From contig NZ_DALZQO010000003.1 in assembly GCF_032017025.1 (NCBI RefSeq), forward strand, positions 30,208-54,207: a stretch of 24,000 bases of DNA, given 5' to 3'. The notes under the pieces are model-generated. The model saw nothing but the letters and a program-made list of their open reading frames with translations, was not told the DNA's origin and ran no database searches. Positions 14,604 to 22,378 of the stretch are shown here, piece by piece (the stretch's first letter is position 1; the number at the start of each line of letters is the position of its first letter). This DNA comes from Hydrogenoanaerobacterium sp. Lineage in GTDB: Bacteria > Bacillota > Clostridia > Oscillospirales > Ruminococcaceae. The position numbers and the translations under genes were made by a program.

Positions 14604-15443
14604 ATGCTTACGGCTATCGTCAATAAAATACTGCCGACCAGCGTGGTAGACGGGCCGGGGAACCGGGTGTCGATATTCCTACAGGGGTGCAACATTCACT
14701 GTGCCTACTGCCATAACCCCGAAACGCAGCGCCTTTGTGTACATTGCGGCGCCTGTGTGCCGGGGTGCCCCGCACAGGCCTTGGCTATAGAAAATAGAAA
14801 AGTGGTTTGGAACGAGGATAAGTGCATAGACTGTGATGCCTGCATTAAAATCTGCCCCAATTTTTCTTCCCCCAAGGTCAAAGAGATGACCCCGCAGCAG
14901 GTGTATCAAAAAGTTCTGGAAAGCGTGCCCTTTATTAGGGGGATCACGGTATCGGGCGGCGAATGTATGCTGTACCCCGAATTCCTTGCAGAGCTTTTTC
15001 GTATGGTCAAAGCAGAGGGGCTTACCTGCCTGATAGATTCCAACGGAATGGTGGATTTAAGTGCATACCCTGAGCTTGTTGCACTTTGTGACGGCGTTAT
15101 GCTGGATATAAAATCGTGGGATAACGAGGTGTATCGCACTTTGGTAGGCTTTGATAACCTGCCGGTAAAAAAGAACCTTGTGTACCTCTCGCGCAACGAT
15201 AAAATAGAAGAGCTTAGAATTGTCTGCTTGCCGGGCGAAGTGGATGCCGAAGCGGCACTGCAAGGCATTGCACAGACCATAGGACCCGAAAAAACAAAAA
15301 CCACCCGCATCAAACTGATTAAGTTTCGCCCGTTTGGGGTAAAAGGCAGGCTGGCAGAGATGACTGCGCCGGAAAACAGCTATATGCAGATGCTGGAGGC
15401 AAAAGCAGCAGAGCTTGGATTTGAACATGTGATGGTTGTATAA
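14604..15443 (+). CDS. yjjW: YjjW-family glycyl-radical enzyme activating enzyme (radical SAM)
   Basis: DGPGNR motif and CNIHCAYC (CX3CX2C; C29/C33/C36). Two ferredoxin-type motifs, CVHCGACVPGCP and CIDCDACIKICP. GGEC SAM-binding motif. The start lies 1 nt after the yjjI stop. Confidence 0.9.
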   Translation: MLTAIVNKILPTSVVDGPGNRVSIFLQGCNIHCAYCHNPETQRLCVHCGACVPGCPAQALAIENRKVVWNEDKCIDCDACIKICPNFSSPKVKEMTPQQVYQKVLESVPFIRGITVSGGECMLYPEFLAELFRMVKAEGLTCLIDSNGMVDLSAYPELVALCDGVMLDIKSWDNEVYRTLVGFDNLPVKKNLVYLSRNDKIEELRIVCLPGEVDAEAALQGIAQTIGPEKTKTTRIKLIKFRPFGVKGRLAEMTAPENSYMQMLEAKAAELGFEHVMVV

Positions 15444-15520
15444 AGGCAGTGTCCTATTTATGTAAAAGCACATGAGAAATAGTAATCTCTTTTAGTGTCT
15501 ATCGTAAAAAGAATAAAAGC

Positions 15521-15557
15521 AAAAACCTCCCGGCACCGTGGTGCCGGGAGGTTTTCG
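15521..15557. terminator. Bidirectional Rho-independent terminator between yjjW (+) and udp (-)
   Basis: 13-bp perfect stem AACCTCCCGGCAC / GTGCCGGGAGGTT with loop CGTG. A-run upstream and T-rich sequence downstream. Confidence 0.85.
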
Positions 15558-15610
15558 CTTTAAGGAGGAGGGACATCGGCTTTCGACGTTGCCCCTGAGG
15601 TTTGTATTGT

Positions 15611-16393
15611 TTAAGCGTTGTTTTCTTTTTCTTTGTCTTTTCGAATCGTGATTCTGAGAGCCTCGATAGCGGTCTCAATTGCAGGTGCGGTATCCCAAGA
15701 TGTTTCTGTTTTGTTGTAAAGGGCTTCTCTTTCGCGGTTGCGGCACAGCAGAAGCACGGTTGCAGCGCGAACACGGCGAGCTGCGGCTACAATAAACAGC
15801 GTTGCACTTTCCATTTCGCTGCCAAGCGCACCGGCCATTTTCCATGCCTTCCATTTCCCTTTCAGCTCATCGCCGGTTGGCATGCTGTCGGGGTCGTGCT
15901 GGCCATAGTAACTATCTTTGCACTCAACAACGCCCATGTGGTGAGTTTTGCCGAGGTTGGTAGCAGCCTGATCGAGGGCGGTAAGAAGCTCGTAGTTTGC
16001 AACAGCAGGGTACTCGATTGGCACGTACTCACGGCCGGTGCCTTCTTTTCGAATGGCGCCCGTTGCAACAATAAGGTCGCCGGGGATGAGGGTAGGGTCC
16101 ATACCACCGCAGGTGCCGACACGAATAAAGGTATCGGCGCCGCATTTGATCAGTTCTTCCACAGCAATGGATGCGCTCGGTCCGCCAATGCCGGTAGAGC
16201 AAACACTTACCTTAACACCCTCGAGGTATCCGGTCCATGTATTGTATTCACGATAAGTTGTGACATGCTCTGCATTGTCCAGGTAAGCGGCAATCTTTTC
16301 AACTCTGCCGGGGTCGCCCGGAAGAATAACATAGCGGCCAACATCTCCTACGCCACACTTAATATGATGCATCAGTTCTTTTTCCATCTGCAA
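15611..16393 (-). CDS. udp: Uridine phosphorylase
   Basis: Close collinearity with E. coli Udp as recalled from memory. Matching blocks are ILPGDPGRVEKIAAYLD, VCSTGIGGPSASIAVEELI, FIRVGTCGG and EMESATLF. Confidence 0.85.
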   Translation of the reverse strand: MQMEKELMHHIKCGVGDVGRYVILPGDPGRVEKIAAYLDNAEHVTTYREYNTWTGYLEGVKVSVCSTGIGGPSASIAVEELIKCGADTFIRVGTCGGMDPTLIPGDLIVATGAIRKEGTGREYVPIEYPAVANYELLTALDQAATNLGKTHHMGVVECKDSYYGQHDPDSMPTGDELKGKWKAWKMAGALGSEMESATLFIVAAARRVRAATVLLLCRNREREALYNKTETSWDTAPAIETAIEALRITIRKDKEKENNA

Positions 16394-16534
16394 TATACCT
16401 CATTTCTTACGGGCAAGGTAACAGCCTCATCATAGTTTCTTTTGAAAATCCTAAGTCTTTATCGATTTTGGCTGTTTCATGTTCTTAGAAAAGCCCTAAT
16501 CCGCTGCGCCTATAACCGTTATATTTTTGTACCA

Positions 16535-16563
16535 AGTATAGCACAAAAAAAGTGATAATACAA
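16535..16563 (-). promoter_or_regulatory. Candidate udp promoter with extended -10
   Basis: On the minus strand: TTGTAT (16563-16558), 17-nt spacer, TGC-TATACT (-10 hexamer at 16540-16535). Confidence 0.5.
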
Positions 16564-16575
16564 TAGTTGTATTAT
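16555..16575. promoter_or_regulatory. Perfect 21-bp palindrome (candidate operator) overlapping the udp -35
   Basis: ATAATACAA-TAG-TTGTATTAT has 9-bp perfect arms. It lies in the divergent udp / yczE-like intergenic region. Confidence 0.45.
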
Positions 16576-16627
16576 CTTTTGTTAAATTGTAATATGATTA
16601 GTGTGTCAAATTTGTAAACTATATGAA

Positions 16628-16656
16628 TTGACCGTGCATTTTTTGTAGGATATAAT
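16628..16656 (+). promoter_or_regulatory. SigA-type promoter of the yczE-like / nucleoside ABC operon
   Basis: TTGACC (16628-16633), 17-nt spacer, TATAAT (16651-16656). AAGGAG at 16673-16678 and ATG at 16684. Confidence 0.65.
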
Positions 16657-16683
16657 AACATTACTGAGTAACAAGGAGATATT

Positions 16684-17373
16684 ATGAACAAATTTAGTCC
16701 CGAATCAAGATTTCCCAAAAATAAAAACGACTTGAAAAATAAGACAATAAAATTTACAAAAGATACAATTGTAATAACTCTTGGCTTGATGATCTCTGCA
16801 CTTGGCACAGCACTCTTTTATGCAGCGGAGTTAGGCTCATCGCCGATGGCAACCTTTTGCGACGGACTCCATAACATTCTTGGAATATCCTATGGCGCAG
16901 CAAATACGCTGGCAAACCTATTGTTATTGTTTGTACTTTTCCTTGTTGAGCGCAGTTATATCAATGTAGGTACCGTGCTTTGCGTTTTTGTAATTGGGCC
17001 ATTTGTAAACCTGTTTACACCGCTTCTCATCGGGTTTAATATAGGCAAATGGTCGCTGCTGTTAAAGATACTGTGTACAGCAGCGGGCACTGCGCTGATG
17101 GGAATTGGACTTGGACTCTATGTTGCCGTGGACAGGGGCTTTGGTGCACTGGAAGGCCTGGTCAAGTTCTTTTGCGCTAAGAAAGGTGTTTCGTATACCA
17201 AAGCTAAAATCATTCAAGATTTGATTCTCGTTATCGGCGGTATTGCGCTGAGCGCACGCTGGGGCATCGGCACAGTGGTTGCCATTTTCCTTACAGGCCC
17301 GGTGCTTCAGGCATCCATCCAGTTTTTTAGCAAACGTTTGGCAAGTTCATCCCACCCGCAGGCCGTTAAATAG
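16684..17373 (+). CDS. YczE/YitT-like integral membrane protein
   Basis: Multi-TM protein. ERSYINVGTVLCVFVIGPF resembles the B. subtilis YczE SYINIGT...IGP block as recalled from memory. Confidence 0.65.
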   Translation: MNKFSPESRFPKNKNDLKNKTIKFTKDTIVITLGLMISALGTALFYAAELGSSPMATFCDGLHNILGISYGAANTLANLLLLFVLFLVERSYINVGTVLCVFVIGPFVNLFTPLLIGFNIGKWSLLLKILCTAAGTALMGIGLGLYVAVDRGFGALEGLVKFFCAKKGVSYTKAKIIQDLILVIGGIALSARWGIGTVVAIFLTGPVLQASIQFFSKRLASSSHPQAVK

Positions 17374-17440
17374 TTTTTAATTTCACAGTAAAATGTGAGT
17401 TAACTAAATTAAGCACATAAATTTCAGGAGGAGAAATAAC

Positions 17441-18577
17441 ATGAAAAAAATTCTTGCAGTAGTTCTTGCAATGATGCTCGTTCTGGGCTCTTTTGCAGGC
17501 TGCGCCGCTAAACCTGGGGAAAGCACCTCAGAACCGGATGCTTCCAGCAGCGATGCCGTTACAAAGGACCCAAGCGAACTTGGCGTTGTTATGATCGTTA
17601 ACACAAACCTCGGCGACAAATCTTTCTGCGACCTTTCTAACGAAGGCCTTCAGCAGGCAGCTCGTGAGTTTGGTTTCCGTTTTAAGGTTGTAGAGCTTAA
17701 TGGCGACGCAACAAAACAAATTCCGACTATGACTGAGTTTGCAGAAGACCCTGAGTGGGATATCATCATTGGTGGTACCTACAACATTCTTGAAAGCATG
17801 CAGACAGTTGCAGAGGAGTTCCCTGACAAAAAATTTATCCTCTACGATGCAAAAGATGATCTGAACCTGCCCAACATCTATGCGGTTGAGCACCTTCAGA
17901 ACGAGGGTTCCTTCATTGTTGGTGCTGCTGCAGCGCTGCTCACAAACTCCGATGCACCTCTGGCAAACAAAGAGAAGCTGATCGGTTTTGTAGCAGGCAG
18001 CGAGAACACAGCAATCAACGACTTCCTCGTTGGTTACATTCAGGGTGCACAGGCAGTTGATCCTGAGGTTAAGGTTCTCATCTCTTATATCGGCGACTTT
18101 AAAGACAGCGCAAAAGCAAAAGAGATGGCAATTGCACAAATCAATCAGGGCGCAGACGTTGTATTCCAGGTTGCCGGCGGTGCAGGCCTTGGTGTTCTGG
18201 ACGCCTGCAAAGAGAAAAACGTTTATGCAATCGGCGTTGACGCTGACCAGGCTGTAGCATTCGAAGAGACAAACCCTGAACTCTCCAAAATCATTGCTAC
18301 CTCTATGCAGAAAATGGTTAACAACACCGTTTACAACGCACTGAAAGCTGCAGTTGAAGGCACACTGCCTTGGGGCGCATACGAGACAGCCGGTTTGGCT
18401 CAGAAATCTGTTGGTGCAGCAAAGAACCAGTACTTTGATGCAATCTTCTCTGACGAAGCACAAACCAAGCTTGATGAGCTTGAAGCAAAAGTTGCTTCCG
18501 GTGAGATCAAGGTTGAAACTGCAGTTGGTATGGCCAACGACAGACTCAACGAAATTCGTGATTCCGCAAGACCTTAA
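17441..18577 (+). CDS. BMP-family (PnrA/Med-like) ABC transporter substrate-binding lipoprotein, nucleoside-type
   Basis: Signal peptide with lipobox LGSFAGC. BMP-family architecture (GFVAG, VVFQVAGGAGLGV, AIGVDADQ). Followed by CUT2-type ATPase and permease genes. Confidence 0.9.
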   Translation: MKKILAVVLAMMLVLGSFAGCAAKPGESTSEPDASSSDAVTKDPSELGVVMIVNTNLGDKSFCDLSNEGLQQAAREFGFRFKVVELNGDATKQIPTMTEFAEDPEWDIIIGGTYNILESMQTVAEEFPDKKFILYDAKDDLNLPNIYAVEHLQNEGSFIVGAAAALLTNSDAPLANKEKLIGFVAGSENTAINDFLVGYIQGAQAVDPEVKVLISYIGDFKDSAKAKEMAIAQINQGADVVFQVAGGAGLGVLDACKEKNVYAIGVDADQAVAFEETNPELSKIIATSMQKMVNNTVYNALKAAVEGTLPWGAYETAGLAQKSVGAAKNQYFDAIFSDEAQTKLDELEAKVASGEIKVETAVGMANDRLNEIRDSARP

Positions 18578-18602
18578 TTAAAAAAGAGATACGAAACGGG
18601 CT

Positions 18603-18628
18603 GGCATTGCGCTTTCGGGCGCAATGCC
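18603..18628 (+). other. Intercistronic stem-loop between the binding-protein and ATPase genes
   Basis: 10-bp perfect stem GGCATTGCGC / GCGCAATGCC with loop TTTCGG. No T-run follows. Confidence 0.5.
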
Positions 18629-18730
18629 CAAACCCTTGATGGATGCTTTTCTGCCCGCATAGCAGATCAAAGTGCGCAGACTCTGTATTGGTAAGCTTTC
18701 AGAAACGAGTCTAACGACCGGAGGATAATT

Positions 18731-20287
18731 ATGCTTAAAAACATACTCTCAATGGAAAACATCACAAAGGTGTATTCGAACGGCTTTGTTGCCAACAAAA
18801 ACGTGAGCCTCTCTGTGCATGAGGGCGAAGTACATGCATTGGTTGGAGAAAATGGCGCAGGTAAAAGCACTTTGATGAAGGTTCTTTTTGGCGTTGAGAA
18901 GCCTGAGGAAGGCCGTATTCTTCTTCGCGGCGAAGAAATTCATATTGACAACCCCACAGTTGCCATCAAGCTTGGAATAGGAATGGTACATCAGCACTTT
19001 ATGCTGGTGCCCTCGCTTACGGTTGCTGAAAACCTTGTAATTGGCATGGAGCCCAAAAAGAATGGTTTCTTTAGCATGAGCGAAGCGGTAAAGATTACAC
19101 GCGAAGCTTCAGAGAAATACAATTTTAAAGTTGACCCGTTGGCAAAAATAGAAGACCTGTCTGTTGGACAGAAACAAAAGGTCGAAATTCTTAAGGCTCT
19201 GGTTCGCGGAGCTAAAATACTAATACTTGACGAACCCACCGCAGTTTTGACACCACAGGAGACAAAAGAGCTATTTGTAGAGCTCAAGGGCCTTAAAAAA
19301 GAAGGCTATACCGTTATTTTCATTTCTCATAAGCTCCACGAGGTGACAGAGCTCTGCGACAGAGTTACCGTTATGAGAGCAGGGCGCACAATTGGCGTTG
19401 AAGATATTGGGAATCTGACAGAAAGTGACATCTCACGTATGATGGTAGGACGTGACGTAGTACTTAATTTTGATAAAGATGAAGCGAAAATCGGCGAGGT
19501 GGTTGTTGACCTCAAAGGAATTACCAAATACGCGCATGGTACCAAAAAGGTTTTGGACGATGTAAGCTTCTGCATCCGCGGCGGCGAAATTCTTGGCATT
19601 GCCGGAGTAGAGGGCAATGGTCAGAAGGAAATTAGTGAAATCATCACCGGGATGGACAAGATTTTTGAAGGCGAAGTTAAGGTTGGCGATTTGGATGTGA
19701 GAAATCTCAGCATTCGTGAAATTCGTGAGGCTGGCGTCGCTCACATTTCGGAGGACCGTATGACCTATGGTATTGTAGGCGACGGCAGTATTGCAGAAAA
19801 CATTGTTTCTGACCGGTACTACAAGCCTGAATTCCAAAAGAAGATGCTGATGGACCTTAAAAAGGTAGATGAGCTTGCAGTTGACCTGATCAAAAAATTT
19901 AACGTAAAGTGCGATGGTAAAGATCAGCCGATTCGTATGCTTTCCGGCGGTAACATGCAGAAGGTTGTTGCAGCCCGTGAGTTTACCTCGAATTCCAAGC
20001 TGATTATTGCAAACCAGCCAACCCGTGGTATCGATATAGGTGCAAGCGAATTTATTCGAAGAAAGCTTGTTGAACTGCGTGACGGAGGTGCGGGGGTACT
20101 TCTCATCAGCGCCGACCTGAACGAAGTTATGGAAGTTAGTGACAGCCTGATTGTTATGAGTGAAGGCAGAATTGCCGCATACTTTAAGGATGCCAAAACA
20201 GTGACCGAGGATGAACTGGGCGAGTACATGCTGGGTATCAAGAAAATGGCACCGGAGGAGATTAGGAGAGTGGCAAATAATGGGTAG
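18731..20287 (+). CDS. ABC transporter ATP-binding protein with two fused ABC domains (CUT2/nucleoside type)
   Basis: Walker A GENGAGKST, signature LSVGQKQKVEI and Walker B ILILDEPT. The second half carries GVEGNGQ, LSGGNMQK and the D-loop region. RBS GGAGGA at 18719-18724. Confidence 0.9.
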   Translation: MLKNILSMENITKVYSNGFVANKNVSLSVHEGEVHALVGENGAGKSTLMKVLFGVEKPEEGRILLRGEEIHIDNPTVAIKLGIGMVHQHFMLVPSLTVAENLVIGMEPKKNGFFSMSEAVKITREASEKYNFKVDPLAKIEDLSVGQKQKVEILKALVRGAKILILDEPTAVLTPQETKELFVELKGLKKEGYTVIFISHKLHEVTELCDRVTVMRAGRTIGVEDIGNLTESDISRMMVGRDVVLNFDKDEAKIGEVVVDLKGITKYAHGTKKVLDDVSFCIRGGEILGIAGVEGNGQKEISEIITGMDKIFEGEVKVGDLDVRNLSIREIREAGVAHISEDRMTYGIVGDGSIAENIVSDRYYKPEFQKKMLMDLKKVDELAVDLIKKFNVKCDGKDQPIRMLSGGNMQKVVAAREFTSNSKLIIANQPTRGIDIGASEFIRRKLVELRDGGAGVLLISADLNEVMEVSDSLIVMSEGRIAAYFKDAKTVTEDELGEYMLGIKKMAPEEIRRVANNG

Positions 20288-21395
20288 TGCTAAAGTAAAA
20301 GCAGTTAAAACTGCGAAAGATATTGAAAAGCAATTTAACATGTTGAGAATGCTGCTCGCGGTTGGTATTGCTCTTGGTGTGGCTTTCTTGATCATTGTTT
20401 TTATAAGTGATAATCCAATGGGCGCAATTAAGAGCTTTATGTTCGGGCCGGTTTCCACCATGCGTCGTATGGGTAACCTCATTGAAGTTATGACTCCGCT
20501 GCTGTTTACCGGTGTTGCCGTATGCCTTATCTTTTCGGCAAACCAAACAAACATGAGCGTAGAGGGCGGCTTCTTGGTTGGCGCGGTTGGTGCAACCATT
20601 GTCGCCACCAAGCTTACGTTGCCCGGAATTATTCACCCGATTGTCAGCATCGCCCTTGGCGGTGTGTTTGGTGCAATTGTTTGCTTTATTCCTGCAATTT
20701 TATATGTAAAGTGCGATGCAAAGCCGGTTGTCAGCTCGCTGATGATGAACTATGTTTGCCTTTACTTTTCACTCGGTATCATAAACCACATTCTGCGCGA
20801 CCCTGCAGCGGGCTTTCTTGCATCCTTTAAGTTTGCTGAAACCTCGCGTCTTTCCAGACTGCTGCCGGGCACCAGCATCCACAGTGGTATTATCATAGCA
20901 CTTGTTGTAGCTACTCTGGGTTATTTTTACCTGTACAAGAGCAAGCGCGGCTATGAAATCCGTATGGTGGGTAAAAACCCGGAATTCTCTGCTTATTCCG
21001 GAATTCCTGTTAAAAAAGTTTTGCTGAATGCGCAGATTTTGGGCGGCTTTGTTGCCGGTATGGGCGGCGCTGTTGAGGTTTTGGGAATGTACAAGCGTTT
21101 TCAATATCAAGGGCTTACAAACCACGGATTTGATGGAATTTTGGTGGGAATTATTGCGGGATACAACCCCAAGCTGGTTCCGCTTGCTGCCGCATTCCTC
21201 GCATACGTTCGTGTAGGTGCCGACGTAATGGCACGTACCGATGATATTCCAATCGAGCTTGTAAGTATTATTCAGGCAATCATTATTATGCTTGTAGTTG
21301 CTGAACGCTTCCTCCACAAGCTCAAACATAAGAAGCTGGTGGAAGCAGCTGAGAAACAGCTTAGTATTAAGGAGGTGGCGGTAAATGGGCAATAA
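20280..21395 (+). CDS. ABC transporter permease (BMP/nucleoside system, first subunit)
   Basis: Multi-TM protein. Start placed at ATG 20280 (ATGGGTAG overlaps the ATPase stop; AGGAGA upstream) rather than the track's 20211, which lies inside the ATPase gene. Confidence 0.85.
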   Translation: MGSAKVKAVKTAKDIEKQFNMLRMLLAVGIALGVAFLIIVFISDNPMGAIKSFMFGPVSTMRRMGNLIEVMTPLLFTGVAVCLIFSANQTNMSVEGGFLVGAVGATIVATKLTLPGIIHPIVSIALGGVFGAIVCFIPAILYVKCDAKPVVSSLMMNYVCLYFSLGIINHILRDPAAGFLASFKFAETSRLSRLLPGTSIHSGIIIALVVATLGYFYLYKSKRGYEIRMVGKNPEFSAYSGIPVKKVLLNAQILGGFVAGMGGAVEVLGMYKRFQYQGLTNHGFDGILVGIIAGYNPKLVPLAAAFLAYVRVGADVMARTDDIPIELVSIIQAIIIMLVVAERFLHKLKHKKLVEAAEKQLSIKEVAVNGQ

Positions 21396-22323
21396 TGTGA
21401 TGTCAGCAATTTTTTCCGCCGAATTTGTTTATTCTGTCATCCGTGTTACAACACCACTTCTTTTTGCAGCGCTTGCCGCGCTGATTTGCAACCGCGGCGG
21501 TGTACTGCACATTGCTTTTGAAGGTACTATGCTTACCGCTGCATTCTGCGGCGTGGTTGGCAGTGCGTATTCCCAGAGTCTTCTGGTTGGTCTTCTGTCC
21601 GGCCTTGCAGGCGGTATTGCAATCATGGTACTGCTTGGCTACTTTAACCTTGTGCTTAACGCAAACGTGGTTCTCACAGGTATTGCACTCAATACGTTTG
21701 CCTCCGGCGGTACCATCTTTATGCTGTATGTTTTGGTGCAAGATAAGGGCTTGTCCACTTCTCTGCCCAGCCTTACCTTTCCAAACATACAAATTCCGAT
21801 TATCAAAGACATCCCTGTTTTGGGGTCTATCCTTTCAGGACATAATGTTCTCACTTACCTCAGTTTCCTCTCTGTTATCGTGGTCTATCTTCTTATCTTT
21901 AAAACACCGCTTGGTCTGCGCATTCGTACCGTTGGTGAAAACCCGAATGCCGCATCCTCCGTTGGTATCAATGTAGTCAAGACAAAGTTTATTACGCTCA
22001 TTATTGGTGGCTTTTTTGCTTCTCTTGGCGGAATTTACATGTCTATGGGTTATCTTTCTTGGTTCGCGCGAGACATGGTCGCCGGCCGTGGCTTCATGGG
22101 TATTGCCGCCCAGAACCTGGGCAATGCCGCACCAATTCCGACGTTCCTCTCTGCATTGGCATTTGGTGTAGCAAACGCACTTTCTAATGTTCTTCAGACG
22201 ATTAATGTTCCGGCTGAAGCCGTTCAGGCAATCCCTTACGTTGCAACGCTCATTGGTCTGGCTGCTTATTCTTCCTCCGTGAAAAAGGGTAAGAAAAAGG
22301 TAAAGGAAGCTTCAAAAGATTAG
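21385..22323 (+). CDS. ABC transporter permease (BMP/nucleoside system, second subunit)
   Basis: Multi-TM protein. The ATG overlaps the upstream gene by 11 nt. RBS AAGGAGGTGG at 21369-21378. Confidence 0.85.
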   Translation: MGNNVMSAIFSAEFVYSVIRVTTPLLFAALAALICNRGGVLHIAFEGTMLTAAFCGVVGSAYSQSLLVGLLSGLAGGIAIMVLLGYFNLVLNANVVLTGIALNTFASGGTIFMLYVLVQDKGLSTSLPSLTFPNIQIPIIKDIPVLGSILSGHNVLTYLSFLSVIVVYLLIFKTPLGLRIRTVGENPNAASSVGINVVKTKFITLIIGGFFASLGGIYMSMGYLSWFARDMVAGRGFMGIAAQNLGNAAPIPTFLSALAFGVANALSNVLQTINVPAEAVQAIPYVATLIGLAAYSSSVKKGKKKVKEASKD

Positions 22324-22378
22324 TGATGATATTGTAAAAATAGCTCATTAATGCTAAAATGGTAAATATTACTGTTGG

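Noticed and set aside
13514-14695. 393-aa ORF antisense to yjjI, running into yjjW
   Set aside because: It lies entirely within well-supported sense genes and has no RBS. Its Cys/Val/Asn-rich composition is typical of the stop-poor antisense frame of a coding region, and I recognise no domain. I treat it as a shadow ORF.
15454-15482. AT-rich imperfect hairpin directly after the yjjW stop codon
   Set aside because: The stem is weak, bulged and AT-only, with no clear U-run. The strong 13-bp terminator 40 nt further on explains termination.
16604-16609. Minus-strand TTGACA as the -35 of a second udp promoter
   Set aside because: No acceptable -10 hexamer lies at 16-18 nt spacing. The best is TTTAAC, and TACAAT is only 12 nt away.
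20211-20279. Upstream ATG at 20211 as the permease start (the track's 394-aa version)
   Set aside because: It would overlap the ATPase gene by 77 nt and add a non-membrane, Arg/Trp-rich extension. ATG 20280 has an AGGAGA site and the classic ATGGGTAG stop/start overlap.
15602-20611. Other long antisense ORFs: 15602-16435 (+) opposite udp, 17528-18463 (-) opposite the BMP gene, and 19433-20611 (-) opposite the ATPase/permease genes
   Set aside because: Same reasoning as above. Each mirrors a gene with strong family motifs, lacks a start context and has antisense-type composition. The smaller internal ORFs of the six-frame track, for example those inside comEC, the DUF1846 gene and the flotillin gene, are dismissed for the same reason.
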